A stretch of 63,342 bases of DNA from a virus (Duplodnaviria; Caudoviricetes). The stretch is taken from the IMG/VR virus record IMGVR_UViG_3300042549_000809, positions 1 to 63,342 of that record; one strand, written 5' to 3'. Below the pieces are notes generated by a model. The model saw only the letters and a program-made list of their open reading frames with translations. It was not told the DNA's origin and did no database searches. Below are positions 46,542 through 54,435 of this stretch, one piece after another; the stretch's first letter is position 1, and each line of letters starts with the position of its first letter. The position numbers and the translations under genes are program-made.

Positions 46542-47648
46542 TTAAAATTGAGCCATGTAATAGACTTTAGCGACGCTCGGCCCCGACGCCGGAATTACTA
46601 GCGCCTGACTAGCCCATGTTCCACCTACGGAAGTAAGGACGTTACCAGCAGTACCGGGGGCTACTTCTTGAACAGCCGATGTGGCATTACCAAGCAGCAC
46701 ATTATTAAGAGCCAGCGTAGACTTACCTGTACCGCCATAGCCAGCAGCTAACGTACCCGCTAGAGTAATAGTTCCCGTCGTAGTAACCGGACCGCCAGAA
46801 GTCGTAAGCCCCGTAGAGCCACCAGACACGTCCACGAACGAGACGCTACCTAAACCTGCCGCAGTGTTCCACGCATACGCGCTACCTGTCCACTGTAAGA
46901 ACGAACCCGCAGGAGATGGAGTTGGTACGCTGCTAAACCCGCCCGTGCCGTTACCATAAAGGATGTTCGTGCCGGTTGTAGCAGGCGCATAGTCCACACC
47001 AGATACCGCAGCGGAGATCGTACTACCGTTACCCTTGAGAATGCCTGTAACTGTGGTAGCCGTGCCTGTAGCGTTGATCTGAATTGAGCCCGCGCCGTTC
47101 GCAATCGTTATGCCCGTACCCGCAGTTAGCGTGGCCTTAGACAGCGTATTACCCGTGCTGTTACCAATCAGAAGCTGACCGTCAGTGTAAGTAGTCTGAC
47201 CCGTACCGCCTGAACTCACGCCCAGCGCAGCACCTAACGACAGTGAAGGGATGTACGAAATCGCTGAAGTGACATCCGTGCCGTTGTTGTAGACGAAGGC
47301 GCTCTTACCCGCTGGGATGACAACACTTGCCCCCGTAGCATTCCTAACAGTAACCGCGTCGGCCAAACCGTTGTTGATAACGTATGGCTTCTCAATCGCT
47401 GGGACAATAAGGTTCCGCGCACCGCCGGAAGTGCCGGTCAGGTTTAGGCGGAAGTTACGTGCTGTCTGGCTAAGATTGGAGTTAACAAGCGTCAGTGTGA
47501 TGTCCACACCCGCGAAAGCTACATCTGCCGAACCTACAATCGCTTCTTCTAGCGCGTATTCCAGATTGTTATTGGTGGTGTAGCCCCACTGACCATTCTG
47601 GTCGCCAGTAGCAATTAGTTCAACTTTGAGGCTGGTGTAAGTACTCAT
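46542..47648 (-). CDS. Tail fibre protein
   Basis: G...G.WG.TTN.N N-terminus; GGTG repeats; G..L...G..W. Confidence 0.7.
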   Translation of the reverse strand: MSTYTSLKVELIATGDQNGQWGYTTNNNLEYALEEAIVGSADVAFAGVDITLTLVNSNLSQTARNFRLNLTGTSGGARNLIVPAIEKPYVINNGLADAVTVRNATGASVVIPAGKSAFVYNNGTDVTSAISYIPSLSLGAALGVSSGGTGQTTYTDGQLLIGNSTGNTLSKATLTAGTGITIANGAGSIQINATGTATTVTGILKGNGSTISAAVSGVDYAPATTGTNILYGNGTGGFSSVPTPSPAGSFLQWTGSAYAWNTAAGLGSVSFVDVSGGSTGLTTSGGPVTTTGTITLAGTLAAGYGGTGKSTLALNNVLLGNATSAVQEVAPGTAGNVLTSVGGTWASQALVIPASGPSVAKVYYMAQF

Positions 47649-47661
47649 GACTATCCTTTAA

Positions 47662-48075
47662 CTACGTGATCCGAATAACCGCTGAAGAGTATGTATTAGC
47701 CGGTAACGTAATCGTAAATGTATTGGAGGAGGTTTTGTCCGCGCCAAAGTCCAGTACAGCAATTGATTTGTTGCTCTTACTACTGTTGTAAATCAACGCG
47801 CCTCTAGCGGTAATCACGCCGTTCCATGAGGGGTTGTTAAAACTTACGTACGCCACGCCGTTAAGCGCCGCAACAGTCACATTAACCAGCACCTGCCCAC
47901 CAGCCGTGTAGCCTGACGCTACAATCTCATTAGTTGTGGAGTACGCCGTAGTATCCGCTCCTAGCGTAGCAAAGGGGGTATAGAGCGCAATCTTCAACAC
48001 ATCTGTTGTCAGGTCGTGCTGCCCCAGAAACAGTTGCTGCTTAAAGCTCGTAGTTTGTCCTTGCTGGATAGCCAT
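47662..48075 (-). CDS. Virion structural protein
   Basis: LKIALY, GYTAGG..L, ARGALIYN, VLDFG.DK. Confidence 0.65.
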   Translation of the reverse strand: MAIQQGQTTSFKQQLFLGQHDLTTDVLKIALYTPFATLGADTTAYSTTNEIVASGYTAGGQVLVNVTVAALNGVAYVSFNNPSWNGVITARGALIYNSSKSNKSIAVLDFGADKTSSNTFTITLPANTYSSAVIRIT

Positions 48076-48716
48076 TACTCGACCTTAACTTTAACTTGCC
48101 CAGAACGGTAAGTATCCTGACGCAACTTGCCATCGCTCAGTTGTTTCAACAACGTCATAGATTGTGCGTACATCTGCTGGTACAGACTAATCATGTCAGG
48201 CTCGCCCTTCATAAAGCGAATAGCCTCAACCAACGCGCCATTTAGCAACGCAGAGTCAAAGTTATTGCCAAGCCATGTGGTACCAGCCGTTACGATAGAC
48301 ACAGGGTAGGCAGCGTAATTCAGCTTGAATGCGTACGCAGCGTCAGGAGTGGGCCCAAGAATAATGGTCGTCACAGTCGATGTAGCGTCTTGAATTGCGT
48401 AGTGCTCCGGTAGCCCCGTCACCGCTGGGAATGGATAAGCCTGACGAATGTAGTTAACATCCTTGTCCAGCAAATACATGTACTCACCCGAGGTGTTTAC
48501 AACGGCGATGGAGAACGGATACAAGAAATCTGTTGGTAGTGCTACAGACTCTACGTTGATCGCACAAGTGGTGGAGTAGTCTTTACGCAGGGCAGGTGGC
48601 TGCACCATGTTGTAAATCTTCTGTTCCGCTTGCTGCGTGAACATCGCGTACTCATCCGCTGTGAATGTGTTTTCACAGATAGTTGCAATATTCGCGCAGA
48701 GATCAACGTAGTTCAT
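48075..48716 (-). CDS. Head-tail adaptor / tail tubular protein
   Basis: AE..I, G.P..YA, PTPD..Y, LL.GAL.EA. Confidence 0.65.
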   Translation of the reverse strand: MNYVDLCANIATICENTFTADEYAMFTQQAEQKIYNMVQPPALRKDYSTTCAINVESVALPTDFLYPFSIAVVNTSGEYMYLLDKDVNYIRQAYPFPAVTGLPEHYAIQDATSTVTTIILGPTPDAAYAFKLNYAAYPVSIVTAGTTWLGNNFDSALLNGALVEAIRFMKGEPDMISLYQQMYAQSMTLLKQLSDGKLRQDTYRSGQVKVKVE

Positions 48717-48725
48717 AGCGTACCT

Positions 48726-48995
48726 TTAGGCCATCGGGCCACGGCTCATCAAGCCTTTAGTTGCAGCGCCAGTACCGCGCATTTTAATGCCAGTTCTCTT
48801 GACATCATCACGTGCTGGGTCGCCCATGCTTACGCGTGGAGCAGTGGTGCCGGGCTTCATATCACCAGACTTCAGCGTGTTTGGATCAACAGGTTTCTTC
48901 ATCTTCATAGGACCTCCGGTCATTGAATGGGGCTTTGCATACACAGCGGCTTGGCCTACTTCTTTGCCCTTAACCTTCTGCGAGAACTTAGCCAT
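48726..48995 (-). CDS. Small basic virion protein
   Basis: Lys/Met-rich; RG.GAATKG. Confidence 0.7.
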   Translation of the reverse strand: MAKFSQKVKGKEVGQAAVYAKPHSMTGGPMKMKKPVDPNTLKSGDMKPGTTAPRVSMGDPARDDVKRTGIKMRGTGAATKGLMSRGPMA

Positions 48996-49153
48996 TACCG
49001 GCCCCTTGAGCCAGACTTCTGGTTAGCAACACGCGCCAGATTACGACCCATTTGCTTCATCTCAAGGCTAGTGACGCCGCCTTTTTTCATGCCGTGCATC
49101 TTCTTCTCGTGTACTTTAACTTCAGCCTTAGCTACTTTTTTCATCTTATCCAT
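48995..49153 (-). CDS. Small basic protein (52 aa, not in ORF track)
   Basis: AGGAG SD; MDKMKKVAKAEVKVHEKKMHGMKKGGVTS... Confidence 0.7.
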   Translation of the reverse strand: MDKMKKVAKAEVKVHEKKMHGMKKGGVTSLEMKQMGRNLARVANQKSGSRGR

Positions 49154-49162
49154 TTTAAACTC

Positions 49163-49576
49163 CTAAGTGACGGATATCGTTACGTTGTTTACTACTCCCG
49201 GCGGGGCCAAGTAGTTCGGTGTCAACCCATTATCTGAGGTTTGTGCCCCACCAATCGGATTCCACCCCCACTGAAACACCCGACTACCTTCACTCGGGTC
49301 ACCAAAATCTGTATTAGTCGTTAGCTGCAAGCCAGTATAACCTGCTTGGTAGTAGCTATTATCTGGCCGTGGTTCCCGCACTGCCTGTGGGTCACTAACT
49401 GGATACATACCTAACTGCAATTGCGGCTGATCGGGTTCCCAGCAGGTTGGGCATACCTTAATACTAACCTGCTTAGTCTTAATCGTCAGCTTCTTTAGTT
49501 CTTTCAGCTTGTAACGAAACCCGCACCGATCACATTCGGCGATTGCATTCTTACCTGATGAGAACCGATTACCCAT
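49163..49576 (-). CDS. Zn-finger late protein
   Basis: CDRCG...CPTC, PQ......D..A....RP. Confidence 0.75.
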   Translation of the reverse strand: MGNRFSSGKNAIAECDRCGFRYKLKELKKLTIKTKQVSIKVCPTCWEPDQPQLQLGMYPVSDPQAVREPRPDNSYYQAGYTGLQLTTNTDFGDPSEGSRVFQWGWNPIGGAQTSDNGLTPNYLAPPGVVNNVTISVT

Positions 49577-49578
49577 AA

Positions 49579-50322
49579 TTACGTAATAAACATCTGACGT
49601 GGCACTAGACGATCAGCAGCCTTCTCGCGGTCTTCACCTGCGGCCAACTCCCATGCCTCGTCATACATTACTTTAAGACCTTGGATACGGACAGGGTCAG
49701 CGTTAGGCAGCTTCAACGACAACATATAAGAAAGCCCCGCCACCAAGCAGTTCTGGAAGCGGAATGGGATATCAATTACGTTTACACCAATACCAGCGTC
49801 GTTAATACGCTTCATGCGCCAGTAGTAAAACACGTAGTACGGCTGCAACGCAGTACCTTGGTCTGGTGCAGGCCATACATTAATCTGTGGATTGTTGGTT
49901 GCGGCTATCTCCGAGCCGACCTTTTGCCCCGATTGGCGGTTCACCCACACCTGAATCGGACGGCCTTGTGCTAATTTGTTCGGGATCGTTGAGTAGGTAG
50001 ATACACTGATTCGAGTGATGTTGAGGTCAGTTTGGTTAGGACCTTGTCCGGCATCAGTACGAATAACGTGCTCCACCAAATCCACGGTATCGTTAGGTAG
50101 ATCATAGGTCGTTACTCCTTGCACCATGTTGACGGAACCCTGCTCAATCGTCCACAGGTTGATACCCCGATTAGCCCACTCACCCAGCAAGAAATTCAAG
50201 CTACGACGCGCTGTACGGAAGTCATAACCCGTACGCAATTCTTGTCCGCAACGCTCAAACGCCTCTTCGAATATCTCGTTAAGGCTTGGGTTAAACGCGG
50301 TCGTAGCTGTTGAATATGCCAT
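49579..50322 (-). CDS. Head-tail connector protein
   Basis: EEAFER, ARRSLN..WANRG, GRP, WP.PD. Confidence 0.7.
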   Translation of the reverse strand: MAYSTATTAFNPSLNEIFEEAFERCGQELRTGYDFRTARRSLNFLLGEWANRGINLWTIEQGSVNMVQGVTTYDLPNDTVDLVEHVIRTDAGQGPNQTDLNITRISVSTYSTIPNKLAQGRPIQVWVNRQSGQKVGSEIAATNNPQINVWPAPDQGTALQPYYVFYYWRMKRINDAGIGVNVIDIPFRFQNCLVAGLSYMLSLKLPNADPVRIQGLKVMYDEAWELAAGEDREKAADRLVPRQMFIT

Positions 50323-50555
50323 TATCTGAACCCTGCTGTTTTCTTCGCAATGCCTTTAGGCTGTGCTACAAACTGTTTCCCTGCCTTCTTACCCGCCCGC
50401 TTTGCTTTCGTCGTAGCCGCATATTCGGCTGGACTTAGCGCCTTAATCGCCTTTTCTGGGAGGTATCGCTCTCCTGTCTTAGACGATGGCTTGCCACTTT
50501 TGGTTTGCCATTTCTGGTCGCCCCAATCTTTAAGTGATTTCTGCGGGGCTTTCAT
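50322..50555 (-). CDS. Small basic protein
   Basis: SLK.W..QKW.T, RYLP. Confidence 0.7.
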   Translation of the reverse strand: MKAPQKSLKDWGDQKWQTKSGKPSSKTGERYLPEKAIKALSPAEYAATTKAKRAGKKAGKQFVAQPKGIAKKTAGFR

Positions 50556-50556
50556 A

Positions 50557-50832
50557 CTAATCTCTATACCCGCCACCAGCAGCTTTATACTTCTTAGCTA
50601 CTAGCTGCGCTTTGCGCGCTGACCACTGACCTGCACCGGTACCTTGCGTTGCTGCGGATTTTACCTGTGACACGATCTTCTTGCGAAGACTGGGCTTAGT
50701 GTAGTTACCGGCGGCATTAACTTTGCCACCCTCCGCGTACTGCGTAAAGTCAGTGTCGTCCCGACGGGCCGTTTTCTTACCCGTCGGCATCTTGGAAGGG
50801 TTGATATCACCCATACCGCGAGAGGCTCTCAT
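50557..50832 (-). CDS. Small basic protein
   Basis: YAEGG, NYTKP.LR, GQWSARKAQL..YK.AGGGY. Confidence 0.7.
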   Translation of the reverse strand: MRASRGMGDINPSKMPTGKKTARRDDTDFTQYAEGGKVNAAGNYTKPSLRKKIVSQVKSAATQGTGAGQWSARKAQLVAKKYKAAGGGYRD

Positions 50833-50833
50833 C

Positions 50834-51214
50834 TCAGCACTTGCCGCCTTTGACCGCAGCTTTAGCACCACCCATCTTAACCATCGTACCTTTGGTCTTA
50901 CCTTTAGAGGCAATACCGTCGCGGCTAGGGGACGCAGTGCGCACAGCACCCATCTTGGAAGCAATAATGCCGCCTTTTTTGAATTTCATTTCTTTCATTT
51001 CGCCTTCTTCATGCTTAATCATGGATTTAGGCGCGCCCTTCTTTTTCATGAACGCTACTTCTTTACCAACCATCTTTTTGGATTCAGCCATACCACCCTC
51101 CGATTTAGTGAACTCTTTACCTACGCTAGTGGGGACACCCACCTTCTTTGCAAATTTTGGGTTGTGGGCCACGGCTTGCATGAACCGCTCCTGCTTTGCT
51201 GATTTAGCTGGCAT
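50834..51214 (-). CDS. Small basic protein
   Basis: MPAKSAKQ.RFM.A; FKKGG; DGIASKGKTKG. Confidence 0.7.
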   Translation of the reverse strand: MPAKSAKQERFMQAVAHNPKFAKKVGVPTSVGKEFTKSEGGMAESKKMVGKEVAFMKKKGAPKSMIKHEEGEMKEMKFKKGGIIASKMGAVRTASPSRDGIASKGKTKGTMVKMGGAKAAVKGGKC

Positions 51215-51678
51215 TATGCTCTCGTTTTGCCGCGAATGGCGCAACCATCTGCGCGCTTGGAAGCCGAGGACACCGAACCGCCTTTAGCAAAGAACTTGCG
51301 GCCCATATTTTCTTTTACTTCTTTCTCGCCAGCCTTCTGCTCTTTAGCTTGCTGACGATCTAATTTCTCTTGTGCTGCTTGAAGCTTCATTGATTCTTGC
51401 GTAGCTTTAGGGATTGGCGGCTCTTCAGGAGCCTTAACATCACCACCCTTTGCGTAACATACCGAACCACCTTTTTTCATCGCTGCACTCGCGGGCATTG
51501 ATGGGCGTGGAGGCATAGGACGTGGGGGCATTGGACGTTGTGGCATTGCTTGTTGCTGCGTGCCTCGACCAAATCTGCCGGGAGCCATGTCCTGAGAAAT
51601 TTGTCGTGAAGGCATTGGCTGTGATGGCCGTGGTGCCATTGGACGTGGCGGTGGTGGTACAGGTTTTCTAGTAGCCAT
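51214..51678 (-). CDS. Pro/Met-rich basic protein
   Basis: PMPPR repeats; MKKGG, YAKGG, FAKGG; DGCAIRGKTR. Confidence 0.65.
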   Translation of the reverse strand: MATRKPVPPPPRPMAPRPSQPMPSRQISQDMAPGRFGRGTQQQAMPQRPMPPRPMPPRPSMPASAAMKKGGSVCYAKGGDVKAPEEPPIPKATQESMKLQAAQEKLDRQQAKEQKAGEKEVKENMGRKFFAKGGSVSSASKRADGCAIRGKTRA

Positions 51679-51680
51679 GA

Positions 51681-51920
51681 TTAAAATCCTTTACTTGAGA
51701 AGTATCCGGTAATAGCGCCGATCACGCCGCTCGCAATGCTGCCAACTGCAATCAACACCTTCCAGCCACCTTCAGCAGAAGCAAGGGTTTTCTTAATCTC
51801 GTCTAACGCAATACGTATAGCGGCAACGTCAGCACGCATAGCGTCCATATCTTCTTGCAGGTGCTTAATGTCACTTGCGTGTGTAGCCAATTCACGTGCC
51901 GTCTGGATTTCGTCCGCCAT
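51681..51920 (-). CDS. Coiled-coil + C-terminal TM protein
   Basis: 79 aa, TM at C-terminus. Confidence 0.65.
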   Translation of the reverse strand: MADEIQTARELATHASDIKHLQEDMDAMRADVAAIRIALDEIKKTLASAEGGWKVLIAVGSIASGVIGAITGYFSSKGF

Positions 51921-52175
51921 TTAACACTTCCACCGTTTCAGTGACGCCGCTTTGCGTGTCGGTTGGCCCTTCTCGTCCTTCATTGGACCGGGCATTCCGC
52001 TCATACGAGCACAAAATGATTTCTTACGTGGACCGCCTTCTGGCTGTGGAGCCTTCAGATTTGATCCAGTTGCTTTATTGTACTTGGCACGACCTTTGGC
52101 AGTAAGCCCCGCCCCCTGCTTAACTGGCAGCTTTTCACCACGGCCAACAGCAAGGGAGGGAGTTTTCTTAGCCAT
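51921..52175 (-). CDS. Small basic protein (GL..KGR..Y...GSNLK.P; SFCARM.G; W.C)
   Basis: ATG 52175 overlaps the upstream stop. Confidence 0.7.
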   Translation of the reverse strand: MAKKTPSLAVGRGEKLPVKQGAGLTAKGRAKYNKATGSNLKAPQPEGGPRKKSFCARMSGMPGPMKDEKGQPTRKAASLKRWKC

Positions 52176-52434
52176 AGAACACCACAGCAGTTGCGGTTGT
52201 ACACGTAGCAATGACGCTCGTATCGCACCTAACGCCTTCACCGGGGATAACTATATTGATCGTACCAGCAGCGGCTGGGGCAGTGTAGGTAAACTTCGTA
52301 ACCGTGCCATCTGCGATAACAACCGTACCGCCAGTAGCAAAGCTAACTGTTAAACCCTTCACCCGAGCAGGACCGTTAAATACGGTCGTAGCCCCAGCGC
52401 CGCAAGTAGCGGCCTTAACGTCTGTCTGCATCAT
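52168..52434 (-). CDS. Small virion protein
   Basis: AAGGAGG SD; IPGEG motif. Confidence 0.7.
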   Translation of the reverse strand: MMQTDVKAATCGAGATTVFNGPARVKGLTVSFATGGTVVIADGTVTKFTYTAPAAAGTINIVIPGEGVRCDTSVIATCTTATAVVFYG

Positions 52435-52450
52435 AGTGATGCCTCCTTAA

Positions 52451-52921
52451 TTAGTTCTGGAAAGCAGTCGGAGCAGAAGAACCGTCAGAGTTACGCACAA
52501 CGTAAGCGATGATTACCGTAACCGCGCCAGTAGCCGAAGCACCAGTAGCAGTGAACGTAACAGCCGCGTCTGTAGCGCCGACATTAGCTTGTACAGGGGT
52601 AAACGTAGCTGCTGGAGCTACCGCGATAGTGCCTGCCAGAGTAATCGTAGAAGCCGCTGCAACATCAACACCTGCGATGGTGACTTTCAGCGTAGTGGCC
52701 GAAGCAAACAACGTAGTGGTCAGAAACTGTACGGAAGTGATAACCGCACCTGCTGGAATGAAACCCAGTGTGCCGGTCAAGCCAGCTACTTGCGCAGCGG
52801 TCAGATTGGTGGTTTGGGCGACGATAGTCGCGCCAGTATTGCGAACGGTGCCAGCAGTGGTGCCAGTCGTGTCTTTAACAGTACCGAGCAGCCAAGGGCC
52901 AAGGTGTGTAGCGAAACCCAT
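52451..52921 (-). CDS. Putative capsid decoration / fibre protein
   Basis: GAGGA SD before ATG 52921 (MGFATHLGP); IPAGA.I beta-sandwich pattern. Confidence 0.7.
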   Translation of the reverse strand: MGFATHLGPWLLGTVKDTTGTTAGTVRNTGATIVAQTTNLTAAQVAGLTGTLGFIPAGAVITSVQFLTTTLFASATTLKVTIAGVDVAAASTITLAGTIAVAPAATFTPVQANVGATDAAVTFTATGASATGAVTVIIAYVVRNSDGSSAPTAFQN

Positions 52922-53004
52922 AATATATTCCTCACATGCGAGTAAGTGCGCCAATTTGCATGTCATCAGCCGGGGGCTGTTTGGCACACCGGATTACCCC
53001 GGTA
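52922..53004 (-). ncRNA. Candidate pseudoknotted 5' leader (riboswitch-like)
   Basis: GUAA-capped stem, GUGCCAA/UUGGCGC, CAGC/GCUG, CAUGC/GCAUG abutting the SD. Confidence 0.5.
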
Positions 53005-53012
53005 TTAAGTAC

Positions 53013-53041
53013 CTTATACTATGCGCTTATTTGGGTGTCAA
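53013..53041 (-). promoter_or_regulatory. Sigma70 promoter
   Basis: TTGACA-17-TATAAG. Confidence 0.7.
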
Positions 53042-53055
53042 GCACAAAGTAAAAT

Positions 53056-53412
53056 ATGCCATACAAAGACAAAGAAGCGCAACGCAAATCCAATCGGGAA
53101 AGCTATGCCCGTAATAAAAAAGTTGTTGGCGACAAAGTAAAAGAGTACAAAGCAGGACTAAGACAGAAATGGCAAGAGTACAAGGCTACGTTATCGTGTA
53201 CGGTATGTGGTGAGTCCCACCCGGCCACTTTAGACTTCCACCATGCGGTTCGAGACCCTACCAACCGTAAACTAGCTAACCTTTTACGTAATGGCGCATG
53301 GGTTGACGCCTACGAGGAGATTAAAAAGTGCGTTGTTCTTTGCGCTAACTGCCATCGTAAGCACCATCAACGGGAACGAGACGAAAAGAAAAAAGGGGCC
53401 GAAGCCCCTTAG
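53056..53412 (+). CDS. HNH endonuclease, antisense to the late operon
   Basis: C..CG...LDFHH...C..LCANCH...H. Confidence 0.8.
   Translation: MPYKDKEAQRKSNRESYARNKKVVGDKVKEYKAGLRQKWQEYKATLSCTVCGESHPATLDFHHAVRDPTNRKLANLLRNGAWVDAYEEIKKCVVLCANCHRKHHQRERDEKKKGAEAP
53391..53410 (-). terminator. UUCG terminator, copy 3
   Basis: GGGGC-TTCG-GCCCC + T-tract. Confidence 0.8.
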
Positions 53413-53429
53413 TGACACCAATACTGTAC

Positions 53430-53654
53430 TTACTCGTCTTCGTCTTCTTCCACTTCTGCTTCAAACCAGTCGTCTGCTTCTTCATCAAAGAAGTACCAAA
53501 TATTTGCATCCTCGTCGTGCCACCAAGCAATACCATCCTCGTCGTACTCGATACCTTCATCCGCATCAAATGCAGCACATGACTCCAACTCGCTGAAATC
53601 AACTTCGCCGGAATACTCGTACCCGCCAAGCACCAAACTAACCGTAATCTTCAT
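53430..53654 (-). CDS. Highly acidic small protein (moron-like)
   Basis: GGAGG SD, TAGAAT -10 upstream, bracketed by terminators. Confidence 0.7.
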   Translation of the reverse strand: MKITVSLVLGGYEYSGEVDFSELESCAAFDADEGIEYDEDGIAWWHDEDANIWYFFDEEADDWFEAEVEEDEDE

Positions 53655-53725
53655 ACCGCCTCCATAGTCAAAATGACAACCGCCCCCGGTTGTGGGTTTA
53701 TTCTACACGGCGGTTATGACAAAAC

Positions 53726-53746
53726 AAAAAGGGGGCCGAAGCCCCT
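53726..53746 (-). terminator. UUCG terminator, copy 2
   Basis: Same hairpin + T-tract. Confidence 0.8.
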
Positions 53747-53752
53747 TAATAA

Positions 53753-54322
53753 CTAGACAACTAACATCTTATTTGACTTCTTTAGGTTTTCTTCTTGGGT
53801 GATTACCCGCAGGTTCCAAGGTACATGTAGGCCGCAAACTTCGCGGGACAGCAAAGGGACAATGTGGTCTACAACATATCGTTCCCCCGTAGTTTTAGAC
53901 ATCGTAATGGCTATTTGATATAGCTGGCGAATTTCCATTTTTTGCATCGCAGAGAGCCATAACGGGGTAGCGTTACGATGGCGGCGTTTTCGCAGGCTAG
54001 TTAATGTTTTGTAATAGTCGGGGTTAGTAGCCTTGTGTTTTTGTTTCCAGCGTTGCTTTTCTTCCGGGGTGCGGGCGTTTGCCCGCGCTTTTACCATGTC
54101 TTTGTTGCGCTCGTAGTACCGCCGTCCAGCCTCTTTAGAAGCCTCAGACTTTGGCTTTAAACTTCGTTTGGTATTAGTAACGCCCCATTCAATCTTTAAA
54201 CATTCAACACAAACGCCTTTAGTTTTACGTGGCGCGATATGCCCATGCTTGCAAGGTTCGCCAGTAAAATAGTGCGTGGCACCGATGGTTTGTGCTTCTT
54301 TACGTGTTTTAGGGTATTCCAT
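53753..54322 (-). CDS. HNH homing endonuclease
   Basis: YFTG.PC.HGH...C.EC; VDHIVPL...CGLHVPWNL......N..K.N. Confidence 0.85.
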   Translation of the reverse strand: MEYPKTRKEAQTIGATHYFTGEPCKHGHIAPRKTKGVCVECLKIEWGVTNTKRSLKPKSEASKEAGRRYYERNKDMVKARANARTPEEKQRWKQKHKATNPDYYKTLTSLRKRRHRNATPLWLSAMQKMEIRQLYQIAITMSKTTGERYVVDHIVPLLSREVCGLHVPWNLRVITQEENLKKSNKMLVV

Positions 54323-54348
54323 ATATCCTCCTGAGTTACGACACAGGT

Positions 54349-54377
54349 AATATACATGACCTTACAAATAAAAACAA
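54349..54377 (-). promoter_or_regulatory. Promoter of the HNH gene
   Basis: TTGTTT-17-TATATT immediately after the MCP terminator. Confidence 0.45.
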
Positions 54378-54383
54378 CAAATA

Positions 54384-54406
54384 AATAAAGGGGGCCGAAG
54401 CCCCCT
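54384..54406 (-). terminator. UUCG terminator after major capsid gene, copy 1
   Basis: GGGGGC-TTCG-GCCCCC + T-rich tract. Confidence 0.85.
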
Positions 54407-54435
54407 CTAAACCCGCATGAACATTAGCTTTTGGC

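Noticed and set aside
52955-52972. CUGAUGA (hammerhead core) or GCUGAUGAC (fluoride riboswitch-like) in the leader
   Set aside because: No GAAA and stem III for a hammerhead, and the 5' GGCGAUG-type segment of the fluoride aptamer is absent; kept only as an unnamed structured leader.
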